Counted from the stretch's first letter, positions 49,407 through 62,012 are shown. The stretch: 64,000 bases of DNA from Somniosus microcephalus (GCA_052327205.1 CM126222.1:31992001-32056000); one strand, 5' to 3'. Translations and numbers: made by a program. The notes: generated from the letters alone by a model not told the origin.

Positions 49407-49475
49407 GACGACATTAGTTGTGATCTAAGATCACGTAACAGGGCGGACTGCGAGAAGGCTGTCATCAATCACCCC
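49407..49475 (-). ncRNA. HDV-like (nested double pseudoknot) self-cleaving ribozyme at Vingi 5' end
   Basis: Minus strand: P1 GGGGUGA, P2 GAUGACA, P3 GCC, L3 UUCUCGC, AGU, P1' CCGCCCU, GU, P4 GUGAUC-uua-GAUCAC, J4/2 CUAA, P2' UGUCGUC. Confidence 0.8.
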
Positions 49476-49879
49476 ACCACTCTTTCAGGCAGTGCATTCC
49501 AGATCACAACAACTCGTTGTGAAAAAGAATGTTTCCTCATGTCGCATTTGGTTCTTTTGCCAAGCATCTTAAATCTGTGTCCTCTAGTTACCGACCCTTG
49601 TACCACTGGAAACAGCTTCTCTTTATTTAACGTTTATGATTTTGAATATCTCTATCAAATTTCCTCTTAATGTTCTCTGCTCTAAGGTGAACAACCCCAG
49701 CTTCTCCAGTCTCTCCATATAACTGAAGTCCCTCATCCCTGGTACCATCTAGTAAATCTTTTTTGCACCCTCTCTAAGGCCTTGAAGTGTGATGCCCAGA
49801 ATTGAAAACAATACTGCAGCTGAGGCCTAACCAGTGTTTTATAAAGGTTTAGCATAACTTCCTTGCTTTTGTACTCTAT

Positions 49880-50875
49880 GGGGGAAAAATTCAGTTGGTT
49901 TGCACCTCCCGTTAGCGCCTTAAGAGGGCGCTAATGGGGCGCAAAGCAACTAGCGCCCGGGCGCGGTGATGTTTGCGCCGCTCGCGAAATTGACCAGACA
50001 TTTGTGGCGGCGCTAAACACTACCGCCACGATCTCCTGCGCTGGCAGATCGTGACGTCAGTCGAGTGCGCAACGCCCCGGTAGCGCCCCGGACCGGATAT
50101 TGAGTGGTGCCCCCTGCCTTACCACCTGCCGCTAGCAACGACAGGTTAAGGGGAGCGTTTTGCAGTCAGGAAGGGACTGGGGGAGCGCTATTTAAAGGCG
50201 ACCACTTCCTGCCTTCTTTTGTTGGTGACATTTTTGCACCACGCATTCTGAGAGAGAGAGAGAGACTTCTGGAGAGATTCAATGCTGTGTGAGGGAGTTT
50301 TGGGTACTGAGCAGTGCTTTGCAGGTTCATTTTGATTTGTGCTTGTATTGATTTAGAAGAGACTGTGGGGGCTGCACTCTGAGCTCTTTCCCTGGGTCTC
50401 TCCATTGTTCTTTCCAGCAGATTTGATGTACAGGTCTCTCCAGGCCGAGATTCAAGGCTGCAATGAGCAGGATGTGGATGGAGAGAAAAATCAACCCTCC
50501 CCTTTAAGATAAAAACAGAAAATGCTGGAGAAACTCAGCAGGTCAAGCAGCATCCATGAAGAGAGAAACAGAGTTAACATTTCAGGTCGATGACCTTTCG
50601 TCAGAACTCCCCTTTAAGAACTGGCCGGCGCCAGTGTGTCTGTGTTCCATTGCTGACTGACATTACATGAGCTTTGCCAGCGCTCTGAGGTAGCGCCTCG
50701 CTCCTCGGCCTTTGTGCCTTAAGACAGGTGTGAAGTGCCTGATTTAATGCTCCAATCACCTCCGGGGCGATAAAAGCCAAGTTTGCTGTCAGAGGTGATA
50801 ATTAGCGGCAGGTGCTAAACTTTGCGCACAGCCGATAATGGCGCCCCAAATGGGGCGATACTGAATTTTTCCCCC
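49880..50875. mobile_element. Harbinger-type deletion derivative
   Basis: 15-bp TIRs gggggaaaaattcag / ctgaatttttccccc, TSD tat/tat; minus-strand MERPRERAQ resembles the Myb N-terminus. Confidence 0.88.
50510..50608 (-). mobile_element. ~100-bp Penelope end with hammerhead motif (50572-50608)
   Basis: Duplication ctcccctttaaga (50497-50509/50607-50619); minus strand agtt CTGACGA a AGGTC atc GACCT GAAA tg TT aact. Confidence 0.8.
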
Positions 50876-52528
50876 TATACCTCTTAATAAAGCCAAGGAT
50901 CCCATAAACATTTTTTTAACAGCCTTCTCAACCTATCCTGCCACCTCCAAAGATTTATGTACATACACCCCCAGGTCTCTTTGTTCCTGCATCCCTTAAG
51001 AATTGTACATTTAGTTGATATTTCCTTGTCTCATTCTTCCTCCCAAAATGTATCACTTCACACTTCTCTGTGTTAAATTTCATCTGACTGGCCTGTAATA
51101 GCCGGGCTTATCCCTTTCCCCTTTATTAAACAGGGGTGTAACATTTGCAATCCTCTAGTCCTCTGGCACCACCCTCATATCCAAGCAGGATTAGAAGATT
51201 GTTGTCAGAGCCTCCGCAATTTCCACCCTTACTTCCCTCAGTAACCTAGGATGCATCTCATGGAGCGGGTGACTCATCTACTTTCATTGAGGACTGCCGA
51301 CCTTTTAAGTATCTGCTCTTTATCTATTTTTATCCTATATAATATTACTACTGCTTCCTCCTTTACTGCTACATTGGCAACATCCTCTTCTCCAATGAAG
51401 ACAGATGCAAAGTGCTCATTTAGCACCTCAGCCGTGCCCTCTGCCTCCACAAGAATATTTCCTTTTTGGTCCCGAATCAGCCCCACCCTTCCTTTGACTA
51501 CCCTTTTACTATTTATATATTTATAAAAGACTTTTGGGTTCCCTTTTATGTTAGCCGCTAACCTATTCTTATACTATCTCTTTGCCTCTCTTATTCCTTT
51601 TTTAGATCTCCTCTGTACTTTCAATTTTCAGCTTGGTTCTCTACTGTATTATGAATCTTACATTTGTCATAAGCCTATTTTTTCTGTCTCATTTTAACCT
51701 CTATATCTTTAACCATCCAGGGAGCTTTGGATGCCCTTCCTTTCCCCCAAGTGGGAATGTGTCTACTCTACCCAAACCATCTCCTCTTTTGAAGGCCTCC
51801 CATTGTTCAATTAGTGTTTTGCCTACCAATTTTTTATTCCAATCCACCGGGGCCAAATCCCTTTTCAACTCACTGAAGTTAGCCCTCCTCTACTTAAGTA
51901 TTTTTACGCTTGATTGTTCATTGTCCTTTTTTATAACTATTCGAAAACTGATGATATTATGATCACTGTTCCCCAAATGCTCCCTCACTGAAATGTGCTC
52001 CATTTGCCCCACTTCATTCCCTAGAACTAAATCCAACACTGCTTCCTTCCTCATTGGGCTGGAAACACACTAGTCAAGAAAGTTATTTTGTACACATTTC
52101 AAGTATTCTTCCCTCTCTTTGCCCTTTACACTATTACTGTCCCAGTCTATATTAGGATAATTAAAGTCCCCTGTTATCACTACTCTGCAGTTCTGTAATT
52201 TGCCTACAAATTTTATTTTATTCCTTTATGGGATGTGGACAGCGCTGGCAAGGCCAGCATTTATTGCCCATCCCTAATTTGCTCCTCTATCTCCTTCTGA
52301 CTATTTGGTGGCTTATAGTATACACCCAGTAGCATAATAGCTCCTCTATTGTTCCTTAATTCTAACCAAATAGATTCTGTCTTTGACTCCTCAACTATAT
52401 CATCCCTCTCCAGTGCTATAATAGTTTCTTTGATCAATACTGTCACGCCCCTCTTTTTTATCCTTCCCTATTTTTCCTGAATACATTCTAGTCAGGAAGT
52501 TCCCAATTCTCCCCTTCTTTGAGCCAGG

Positions 52529-55500
52529 TATTAAATCTGTGTGTTAATGGAGACACAGAATGCAGGAGTTGGTTTAACAAGTCTTTACTGAATGGAGACA
52601 CTCTGGAAACTGAAACTACAGAAGGCTGCTAGCGCCTCTTTATACAGGGGTGGTCACTGCCGGTACTGCAGTCTGAGACCAGTTATTCTCTTAAAGGTAC
52701 ACATACACAACAATTCCTCCCCTTTTAGATAAACAGTACATAACATTCATTTAACAACTAAATGATAACTAATTACAATCACAATTACGGTTGCTAGATA
52801 TATTGGTTGAGGTTAAGCAATTATAAGTTCAGTCTTTGAGGAGGCTTCCTGATTCTGTCTGGATAACGCCTCTGTGGGGTATCAGGTTCTTCTGGCAAGG
52901 TTGAGTCGGGATCAATGTCGTTGTTTGGTTCATCTGCTTCCAATATCACCGATTCTGCGGTAGATGCAATTGGTACGTCGGTTTCATCGCCAGGTGTATC
53001 AGATCGTGGTGTGGAGTTGACGTTTTCCCGTGACTCTAGAATCTGGTCAGCATGGCGTCTTACAATGCACTCTCCAACGTCCACGGTATACATGAGAGGT
53101 CCTTGCCGTGTACAAATCGTTCCTGGCTGCCATTTCTGTGTGCGGTAGTCCCGGGCCAAAACTGGTTGACCTATCTTAAAACTCCTGGTCGGTCTTTCAT
53201 TCATATTCTGAAACTGCCTGTTCTCCACATCTCTTCTGATGTTCGGCTTAACCAAATCCAAGCGGCATCGTAGTCTTCGATTGAAGAACATCATGGCAGG
53301 AGTTTGGTTGGTAACCGCATGTGTCGCATTCCGGTAGGCAAACAAGAAGTTGTCCACCTTGTGTTGTAGGGGTATATCTTCATTACACATTGCCTTGATA
53401 GCCTTCTTGAATGTTTGAACAAACCTCTCAGCCAATCCATTAGTGGCTGGATGATATGGGGCAGATGTGTAATGCTTAACACCATTGTTCTTTAAGAACC
53501 TCCGGAACTCTTCAGACACATACTGTGGTCCATTGTCAGAACAAATCTGTTCAGGCAGCCCATTCCTGGCGAATATGGTTCGTAAGACTGTAATAGTTTT
53601 TTCTGTGGTGGTTGAGGACATTTTTATTACCTCTGGCCACTTTCAATGTGCATCCACCGCAATTAAAAACATCGAGTCCATGAAGGGACCAGCAAAATCA
53701 ATGTGCACCCTTTGCCATGGAGATGAGGGCCACTCCCATGGATGTAGAGGGGCTTGTGGTGGGGCGTTTTGGACTTTCTGGCATCCTGTACAGCTCTTGG
53801 TCATCTCTTCGATTTCTCTATCGATTCCCGGCCACCACACAAACGCTCTAGCTAAGTTTTTCATTTTTACCCCTCCCAGATGGCCCTCATGAAGCTCATT
53901 GAGCACTCTATCCTTCAATTTGGGTGGAATTACTACTCTGGATCCACACATCAAGTTTCCTCTGCACACTGACAGCTGTTCTCTTCTCGGCGAGAATGCT
54001 GGCAGCAGTGGTTCGCCATGTGCTGGCCATCCCTTCACCGTTAAATCATAGACCCGTGATAGTGTCGGGTCATTCCGTGTTTCCTTTTCTATGTTTGCAT
54101 TTGTCACAGGGAGACATTCGACTATGGTCGAGTGGAATATCTCCATTGGATCCACTGCAAGTTCTTCTTCCACCGCCGGCAACGGTAGGCGCGACAATCC
54201 ATCAGCATTCCCATGCTGTTTAGTTCCTTTGTACTCGATGTCATATTGGTGTGCCACAAGGAAAAGGGACCACCTCTGTAGCCGTTGTGCTGTCATTATC
54301 GGTACGCCCTTCTGAGGGTTGAAAATGGAGACGAGAGGTTGATGATCAGTTATTAGAGTAAATTTTTGACCGTGCAGGTAGTGATTAAACTTCTTCACCC
54401 CCCACACTAGGCTGAGGGCCTCTCTGTCAATCTGGGCGTAGTTACGCTTGGCTGAAGTTAACGAGCGTGACACAAAAGCTATCGGCCTCTCAGAACCATC
54501 AAGGAATTTATGTGACAGTACCGCCCCAATGCCGTAGGGAGACGCATCACACGCCAGTCTTATTGGTAGTGATGGGTTGTAGTGAGCCAATACTTCTCTT
54601 GAAGTGATTAGGTCCTTACTCTTCTGAAAGGCCCGCTTACATTCATCGCTCCATTTCCATGCTACTCCCGTTCGTAGTAGGGCGTTCAGTGGATGCAGAA
54701 TTGTGGACAAATTCGGCAAAAACTTATGGTAGTAATTCACCAATCCGAGGAATGACCTCAGTTGGGACACATTTTCAGGCGCTGGAGCCTTAACTACCGC
54801 TTCAATTTTGTCAGGGGACTTATGCAACCCCTCTTCATCAATCACGTGGCCACAATACAATATCTGTTTCTTAAAAAACTCGCACTTGGAGCGATTGGCT
54901 TGTAGCCCATGTTCACGTAGTCTAGTGAGCACCTGCTCTAGGTTGGCAAGGTGTTCACTGTCATCTTCACCTGTCACCAGGATGTCATCCAAGTAACACT
55001 GAGTCCTCGGAATCCCTTGCAGGACTTGTTCCATCGCTCTTTGCCATATCGCCGGAGCTGATGCTACTCTGAATACCAGTCAATTATACTGGTAAAGACC
55101 TTTGTGAGTGTTTGTCGTGAGATACTTCCTAGAGGATTCTTCAACCTCCATCTGCAAATATGCTTGTGCTAGGTCAATTTTTGTAAAACGCTTCCCTCCA
55201 GATAGTGAGGCGAAGATATCCTCTATCCTTGGAAGAGGATATTGTACAGTGTGAAGGACTGGGTTCACTGTCACCTTGAAGTCCCCACAGATGCGAACCT
55301 TCCTTGGCTCCTCAGACTCATTGTTTAACGTTTTCTTCATGACAGGAACGATGGGTGTCGCCCACTCGCTCCAGTCTACCTTAGATAACACGCCTGCATT
55401 CTCCAGATTCTCCAGCTCTGCCTCAACGGCTGGGCGAATTGCATATGGTACCGGTCTTGCTTTGAAAAACTTGGGAATTGCATTCTCCTCTATTTTTATC

Positions 55501-57533
55501 GAGGCGGTTACGCCTTTAAGAGTGCCCAGTTCTTGTTGAAATACCTCTTTGGCGTCAGCTAAGATTGTTGACAATCGTCCAGGAGTGACGTCGTCATCCT
55601 TTTTACCAGCCACCCTCAGTGCCTGAATGGAGTGCCAGTCTAAACTTATCTTTCTGATCCATTCACGTCCCAATAACGGTGGTCCACCATCTTGCAGAAT
55701 GTAGAGATACAATTTCCGTATTTTCTTGCCGTTGTATTCGACAGGCACCCTTATTTTTCCTCTGGGGTATACTTTTTGCCCCGTATACGTCCTCAAGACA
55801 ATGGATGTCTCTCTCAAGGGTATGTGTGAGAATAGCCGTTCGTAGTCTCGTCGATTCATGACGGTTAGAGCTGATCCTGTATCCAATTCCATTTTGACTT
55901 GGGACCCTGCTATCATGAGGGTGACCCACATGGTTCGGTGATCCTCTTTTGCGATTACGTTGTGAAGTTTGAGACAGCTTAGTCTCTTGTTCCCGGATTC
56001 ACTATCGCTCATCTGGTCTTCGGAACTACTGTCCGTCATCTTTTGTACTTTCCTGTACGGTTCCTTAGTAGCCTTTTTATTGTCGTTGGTCTTCTTCTCA
56101 GACCTGCAAACTCGTGCAATGTGTCCCATCTTTCCACATTGCCTGCATATTTTGTCCTTGGACCAGCAGTCCTTCTGGTCATGGTTTGTTCTGCCGCAGC
56201 GATAACATTTTGCAAATCCCCGTGTCATTTTGTGGGTGCCGTATTCCTGTGGCTTTTGTTGTATTTCCGCAGCTCGCCTTGCTGCTGCTTCGTACGATAC
56301 TGCCACGCTGAAAGCCTTATCTAGCGTCAGCTCTTTCTCTGAGAGTAACCTCTTCTGGGTTCCTTCACTCAGGAGTCCACAGACAAATTTGTCCCGTAAG
56401 GTATCTGCCAGTCCTGCTCCGAACTGGCAGTGCTTTGATAGCTTGCGTAGTTCCGTAAGGTAATCAGCATTGCTCTCATTTTTATGCTGATTTCTCTTGT
56501 GGAATTTAAATCTTTCTGCTATCAGCAGCGGTGTAGGATTTAGGTGTTCCTTTAGGATAGCAACAATTTTGTTAAAACTCTTCGCCTTCGGTTTGGCTGG
56601 AGTAATTAGGTCCCGCAATAGGCTGTACGTTCTTGCGCCCATTAAATTTAGCAATACCGATGCCTTTTTCTCCTCGGCTATTTCGTTTGCCTCGCAATAT
56701 ACCTTGACTCTTTCCACATACGTGGTCCAGTCTTCTATTGCATTATCAAAGGCAGTGATATCACCAGTCTTTGGCATCTTGAAAATCTAAGATGGCGCCT
56801 CCCGCGCTTTTCCTTCTTCCCCGTCGAGTTAAGATGGCACCTCCCGCACTTTCCCGCCGCTGCCGCTGCTGTCAACGCCGCTCTCCGCGGTATTTTTATT
56901 TTTAACCTTTCCCATCATGGAGCGGACCCTCTGGGACACTTCCCTCCCTCTTCTTAGGTCCGAACGCTGCCCGGCTGCGAAGCACCGGCCGTGCCCTGTG
57001 TGCTCCACCCTCTCTCTCTCTCTTTGATACCCGACTCGCTGCCCGGCCCCGTTGCAGAGCCACCTGATCGAGCTCTAGCCCGCCGCAGCCCAGGAAGGAT
57101 CAGTGCACTACCTGCCACCAGCCCGATTGGCTGGGAAACCACAGACTGGAGACCAAGCCTGGCTCTCGACAGTCTCTCCTGCACTTTTCAAGTCGATGAT
57201 TTGGAGGGCGGTTGCCCACGGTCGACGCCCGTTTCTCGAGTTTCTGTGGATTATTTTTTTTATTTTTCTCTCTTCTGGCTTCGACCGTCAATAACGTCGT
57301 CTGAGGTGCTGCCGAGTTGCAGGTAAGTTCGTTTCTTACTCGTCGCCAGTATTAAATCCGTGTGTTAATGGAGACACGGAATGCAGGAGTTGGTTTAACA
57401 AGTCTTTACTGAATGGAGACACGCTGGAAACTGAAACTACAGAAGGCTGCTAGCGCCTTTTTATACAGGGGTGGTCACTGCTGGTACTGCAGTCTGAGAC
57501 CAGTTATTCTCTTAAAGGTACACATACACAACA
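52529..57533 (-). mobile_element. Full-length Ty3/gypsy element, Mag-like
   Basis: 184-bp LTRs 52529-52712 and 57350-57533 (5 differences seen), TSD ccagg, PBS tggcgacgag, PPT aaaaggggaggaa. Confidence 0.95.
52821..56777 (-). pseudogene. Gag-Pol of Mag-like gypsy, one frame with two premature TGA stops (55080, 53643)
   Basis: Three ORF-track segments are in the same frame; two zinc knuckles, LDTGS, RICGDFK, YLDD, CDASPYG, HIDFAGP, SDNGPQ, NGLAER. Confidence 0.92.
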
Positions 57534-59628
57534 CCAGGTCTCTGTTATTGCCACTATATTATATTCCTATGTGGCGACTTGTGCCTGCAGCTCACCAACC
57601 TAATTTCCCATGCTCCGTGCATTTACGCACATACACTCCAAACCCATCTTAGACTGCCTCGCATTTGCTCCCTGTCTGGTCCCTCCTATTTCTGAACTAT
57701 TCTTTACTCTAGTGCTAATTGTCTCTCCAAGTCCTCCGTGCACCTTGTTTCTCCTCTCTCATGTGTCCACCCCCCTGCCAAATTAGTTTAATCCCTCCCC
57801 CACAGCACTAGTTAAACTTCCCACAAGGACATTGGTGCCAGCTCTGTTGAGGAGCAACCTGTGCACCTTGAAGAGGTCCCTCTTGTCCCAGAACTGTCAC
57901 CAATGCCCCAAGAATCTGAAGTCCTCCCTCCTGCACCATTTCTCCAGTCAGGCGTTAACCTCTCTTATCCTACTATTCCTATACTCACTAGCGCGCGGCA
58001 CTGGGAATAATCCGGAGATTACTACCTTGGAGGTATCAATTTCTTTGATTGTTCCTCTCCCCTGCAGGAAGATGCCTCTGCTCAATCTCTTCCTAATTAA
58101 GTGATGTGGATCAGGAACCAAAGCTGCATTTATGCCTCCACTATGGCACTAAATGCCACACATTAATAGTTAGACCCAGCACCATTGCCCAATATTGCAG
58201 TTCATTGCAAAAACTGTACCAATTGTACAACTTGCTCCCCTATATTCAGAGAATGTAAAACTTGCATGTAGGTGGGACTTATACAGTGGATTTTATAGAA
58301 ATTTAAGACTCAGAGGCTGAAATGTTACACCAGAGTATAAAATGTAGAACTCTAATTGAGAATTAATTAGCAATTTGTCATTTACTTCAAGATTTTGGGC
58401 GAGAATTGAGCCACAAGTACAAAATTTGTGTGTTTTGTGGCTCTTGTTTGAACCCTGTGATTAAATTACTTAACTCTTACGCAGGGTATCAAAAGATCAC
58501 TGCGGTGTTAATATTGATTGAAGGCAAAAATAAAACTCCTCCAAATGGCTTAGCAGGTGAATTCCCTTCCCAAGGCATTCTTGAACCATGCAGGTTAATG
58601 AGGTTTCGTGTTTGATCCCCCATTCTGTGCTGAGTTAGTTGATCTCAATTGTGGTATTCGAAGGTTGAACATTAAAGCAGTTCATTTGGCCAACAGTGTC
58701 TGTGTTGGCTTTTTGTTGGAGCAATTCAAAACAATTCCCACTGCCCCAATCTCTTGGCATAGCCCTGTATACTCCTCTGCTTCAAATGCGTACCTAATAT
58801 TCCCTGAAAATATGTTGTTTTCTGTGGCAAAGCTCCAACAACCTTCTTTGTAAGAGAATGTCTCCTCACCCCTCTCCTCTGTCTCTTAGTGGTGATTTTA
58901 AACTCCTCAGCACTGTCTTCCCAACCAGAGGAAATGGCCTTTCCATATTCAATCTATCAAAACACTTCATAATTTTAAAATACCTCTATTAAATCTCCTC
59001 TTAGTCTTCTCTGCTTCACTGGAAATAGTCCCAGTATTTCAGTTTCTCCTCGTAACTATACTTTCCCTTCCCTCACGTTATCCTGGTGAATCAGTGTTTT
59101 CATGTCCTTTGGAAAATGGGATTCCCAAACCTGCACACAATACTCTAAATGTGGTCTAACCAATATTTTTTTTATTATTACTTCTTTAGTCTTTAGAAGT
59201 AATGGTAAAATGCCACTGTTTATTAAAAAAGGACAAAATGCTGTTGATCTTTTTATTGTCTTTGCCTAACTAAACTTACACTTTCAGGGAATTAAGTATT
59301 GGAACTTCTAAGTCTATCTGTTTATCTATACCTTTGATTGAGTGTACATTGTTTTTCCTCCTAAACTGTATTACCTACACCTATCCAATTACAACTGCCA
59401 CCTGTCAGCCCATTCAGCTAAACTGTCGTATATATTCCTGAAGTCTTTTACAATCCTCCTTCCTATTTTCCAAACACCCTACTTTTTGTGTTAGCAGCAA
59501 ATTTTGAGATTGTGCCTCTTATTCCCTAGCCCAAGTCATCTTTGTCTGTCAAGAACAAAAATGAACCCAGCACTGACCACCTCCTACCCTTCTTGAATCA
59601 GTGCAGCATCCATTTACCCCAACTCTTA

Positions 59629-61202
59629 GGGGGAGAAATTCGCTATAGCCCCGTTTGGGGCGCTAGTTCTGGCGAAGCGCAAAGCCTAGCGCCAGTTGCG
59701 ATTTAGCGCCACCTGGCGCGATATTGGGTCGTTGTGCCCCGAGGGCAATTGCGGTGCTAAATCAGGCGCTGCACGAGGCTCTTAAGGCGCTAACCCGGGG
59801 GCGCAACCCAATTTAGCGGCGGCGGGGCGCAGCGCAGGCGCTTTCAATAATCACTTTCCCTGAGACACACTGGCGCCGGCCAGCTCTTAAAGGGGCAGGT
59901 TAATTGGCATCACCAGACACACTCACTGCCTTGTAGGCCTTCAAAGCGGTGGGAGCCTACCTGTGGTGCACCAGCCTAGCAAGAAATGGAAAGGGTGAGG
60001 CAGAGGGCGGAACGCCTCACTGATGGGGCATTGGATGCTTTGGTTGGCGCAGTGGAATCAAGGCCAAGGAAGATGGTCGGAATGTGATTTATGTTTTGGA
60101 CAGTCTCCCGGGTGTGAGAGGCAGTTATGTGTCAGTGTATTCGTTTTGCTTTCTGTTGCCATAGCTTTCTCATGTTTGAAGGAACCACATTTTGTGTAAT
60201 GAAACACTTTCTTCATTTACAATGGCCATGCCTTCTATTTACATGCATCTTGCCCTTCACAGGCTTGGGGGTATCAGACCGGTTCCATTCCTGTTCTTGG
60301 AATGGCAGCAAGCATTCCGTGAGAGGGGCCTAGAAGCTGCTTCTGATCAGCCTCTGACGCGCAGCCTGAGAAGAGCTGCTCGCGTAGAAGTTCAGGCCAG
60401 CAGGCATCTTCTCAGCCACCGACAGAGATGTCCTGCACCTTATCTGAGGCTGCAGATCTGGCTGAAGCAGCTGGCACAGCTCAGTCACCACCTCCTTTCT
60501 AAATTGCAGCCTTCTGACACACTGCTCCTCCAGCATGTTCATGTAGGAAAACTGCTGTCGGAAAACCCTGCCAGCGTAAGGCCTGCTGTGGCGACGTCTG
60601 TTGGCCCTCCTCCGTCTGGCCATGCCCGCCCCCCTCTCCCAGCGTCTCAGTGCCCTTTCCAGATGATTCAGCAGCAGGACGTACCCCTCCAATGCAGCCC
60701 CCATAATAAGTGCCCACAGGAAGGTTCCCCGTTGTCAAGGCTCACCAACAGCAAGGTGATGGTCAGAAGGCTGAAGATCGTCTGCCTGCGCTGGCTCAGT
60801 GGTCAACTGGATCTCAGTGTGCAGCTCAGCAACTCTTTGTAGCTCTCGAGGAAGTTGTGCACCAAAAATGCCTGCCGCTTTTAAACCACACCAGTCCCCT
60901 TTAAATAACGCTCCTCCAGCCCGAGAGCGACTTGGTAAGGTCCAGGTAAGCTGTCACTATTAGCGCCAGACGCTACGGAGGGGGGCGCCACTGAATTTCC
61001 AGTTCGGGGCACCCAAAAGGTGTTGCACACTCAAATGACATCATAATCAGCCTGTGCCCATGAGCGGGCGCTGGCGCTAAATGCATGCTCAATATGGGGC
61101 GAGGCACTAGGCGCCTTGCGCCCGCCCGGAAATTGACTAACGCCCCACTTCTCGGCCTCTTTAGGCGTTAATCGGTGGCGCAACCAACCGAATTTCTCCC
61201 CC
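59629..61202. mobile_element. PIF/Harbinger deletion derivative with Myb start (+) and transposase N-terminus (-)
   Basis: TIRs gggggagaaattcg / cgaatttctccccc, TSD tta/tta; ends homologous to 22353-23980. Confidence 0.9.
60330..60704 (-). pseudogene. HARBI1-like Harbinger transposase N-terminal fragment
   Basis: RVFRQQFSY...CVRRLQFRKEVVTELCQLL...LSVAEK...LNFYAS motif series; truncated before the DDE core. Confidence 0.8.
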
Positions 61203-61776
61203 TTAGTTTCCTGTCCAATCAGCCAATTTCCTGTCCATGCTACTACATTTAATCTTGTACCATAAGCCTAATGTTTTGTACCAACCTTGTAGCATTGATC
61301 AAGGCCAAGTTGGTCTCCTTACTAATTTCAATTGCCTAAGGGAATTGGAGAGGAATTTTACAGATTTTTTCCCCCGAATTGACCAGGGTTTTTATCTTTT
61401 TTTTTCACACCTCCCAGGAGGTTACATGGCTCTGGATGGGGTAGGAAGTCTGTCTATGTGATGCACTAGCCATCACAACTTCATGGGACAGGCTGGATGG
61501 ACCAGTAGGTCTTTTCCTGTCTGTCATTTTTCATACATTCATATGTTATTATCATGCCTTTTATGAGATACCTTATCGAATGGTTTCTGAAAATCCATAT
61601 GTATTACATCTACTGCATTCTCAGAAAGTTAGCAGCTTCAGAAGAGAAAATGGATTTAAAAATAAAATAAGCTGAACTTGATGGTTAAAGAGAAAGTAAA
61701 AGCCTTTCTTATGTTGTGCCGTGATATTATGGTCTTAATGGTAGTACCCTAAACACACTGTTTTTCCCATGTTCAG

Positions 61777-62012
61777 GTTCCGATCCCTGTGACCTCTGGT
61801 TTGGATCCCTTAACCATGCTTACAGACGATGCAGATGTTGCAACCTGGCAGAACGAAGGCCTCCCTGCAGACAGAATGTCCACGGAGAATGCTACGATCT
61901 TGACCAACTGTGAGCGCTGGCCGCTTATGATCGACCCCCAGTTGCAAGGTATCAAATGGATCAAGAACAAGTATGGAGAAGACCTCCGAGTTGTGAGGAT
62001 TGGCCAGAGAGG
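61777..62012 (+). CDS. DNAH9: Axonemal dynein heavy chain exon (AAA5 start; [12 protein letters not shown]...[16 protein letters not shown]...[17 protein letters not shown])
   Basis: cag|GTT acceptor, GG|gtaaac donor, 236 bp; hallmark dynein RWPLxIDPQ motif. Confidence 0.92.

Larger units (their letters stand above)
45691..49475 (-). mobile_element. Full-length Ingi-related (Vingi-like) non-LTR retrotransposon, frameshifted; ~3.1 kb without the nested Penelope insert
   Basis: APE start ICQLNIEGIS; KAAGPDG; LPQGSVLAP; ADD; WGADAQTL...LVYSTAEYCSPAW; C-terminal NRLRT.HGRC/CDCG; tail ccatacaaaagaagaag; imperfect TSD tccaccctt/accactctt. Confidence 0.85.
45501..58035 (-). mobile_element. Long decayed CR1 LINE acting as host for Vingi, Harbinger and gypsy insertions
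   Basis: Tail tagaatcatagaat at 45501; CR1 sequence resumes at 49476, 50876 and 57534; endonuclease peptide ESIWLELRNNRGAIMLLGVYYKPPNS near 52300. Confidence 0.8.
58860..61620 (-). mobile_element. Old CR1 remnant interrupted by a Harbinger derivative
   Basis: Diverged similarity to 7430-9120 (cacaatactct, ttagcagcaaattt = KFAAN); boundaries approximate. Confidence 0.55.

Noticed and set aside
60192-60842. 216-aa + strand ORF
   Set aside because: Antisense shadow of the Harbinger transposase fragment; no recognisable motifs
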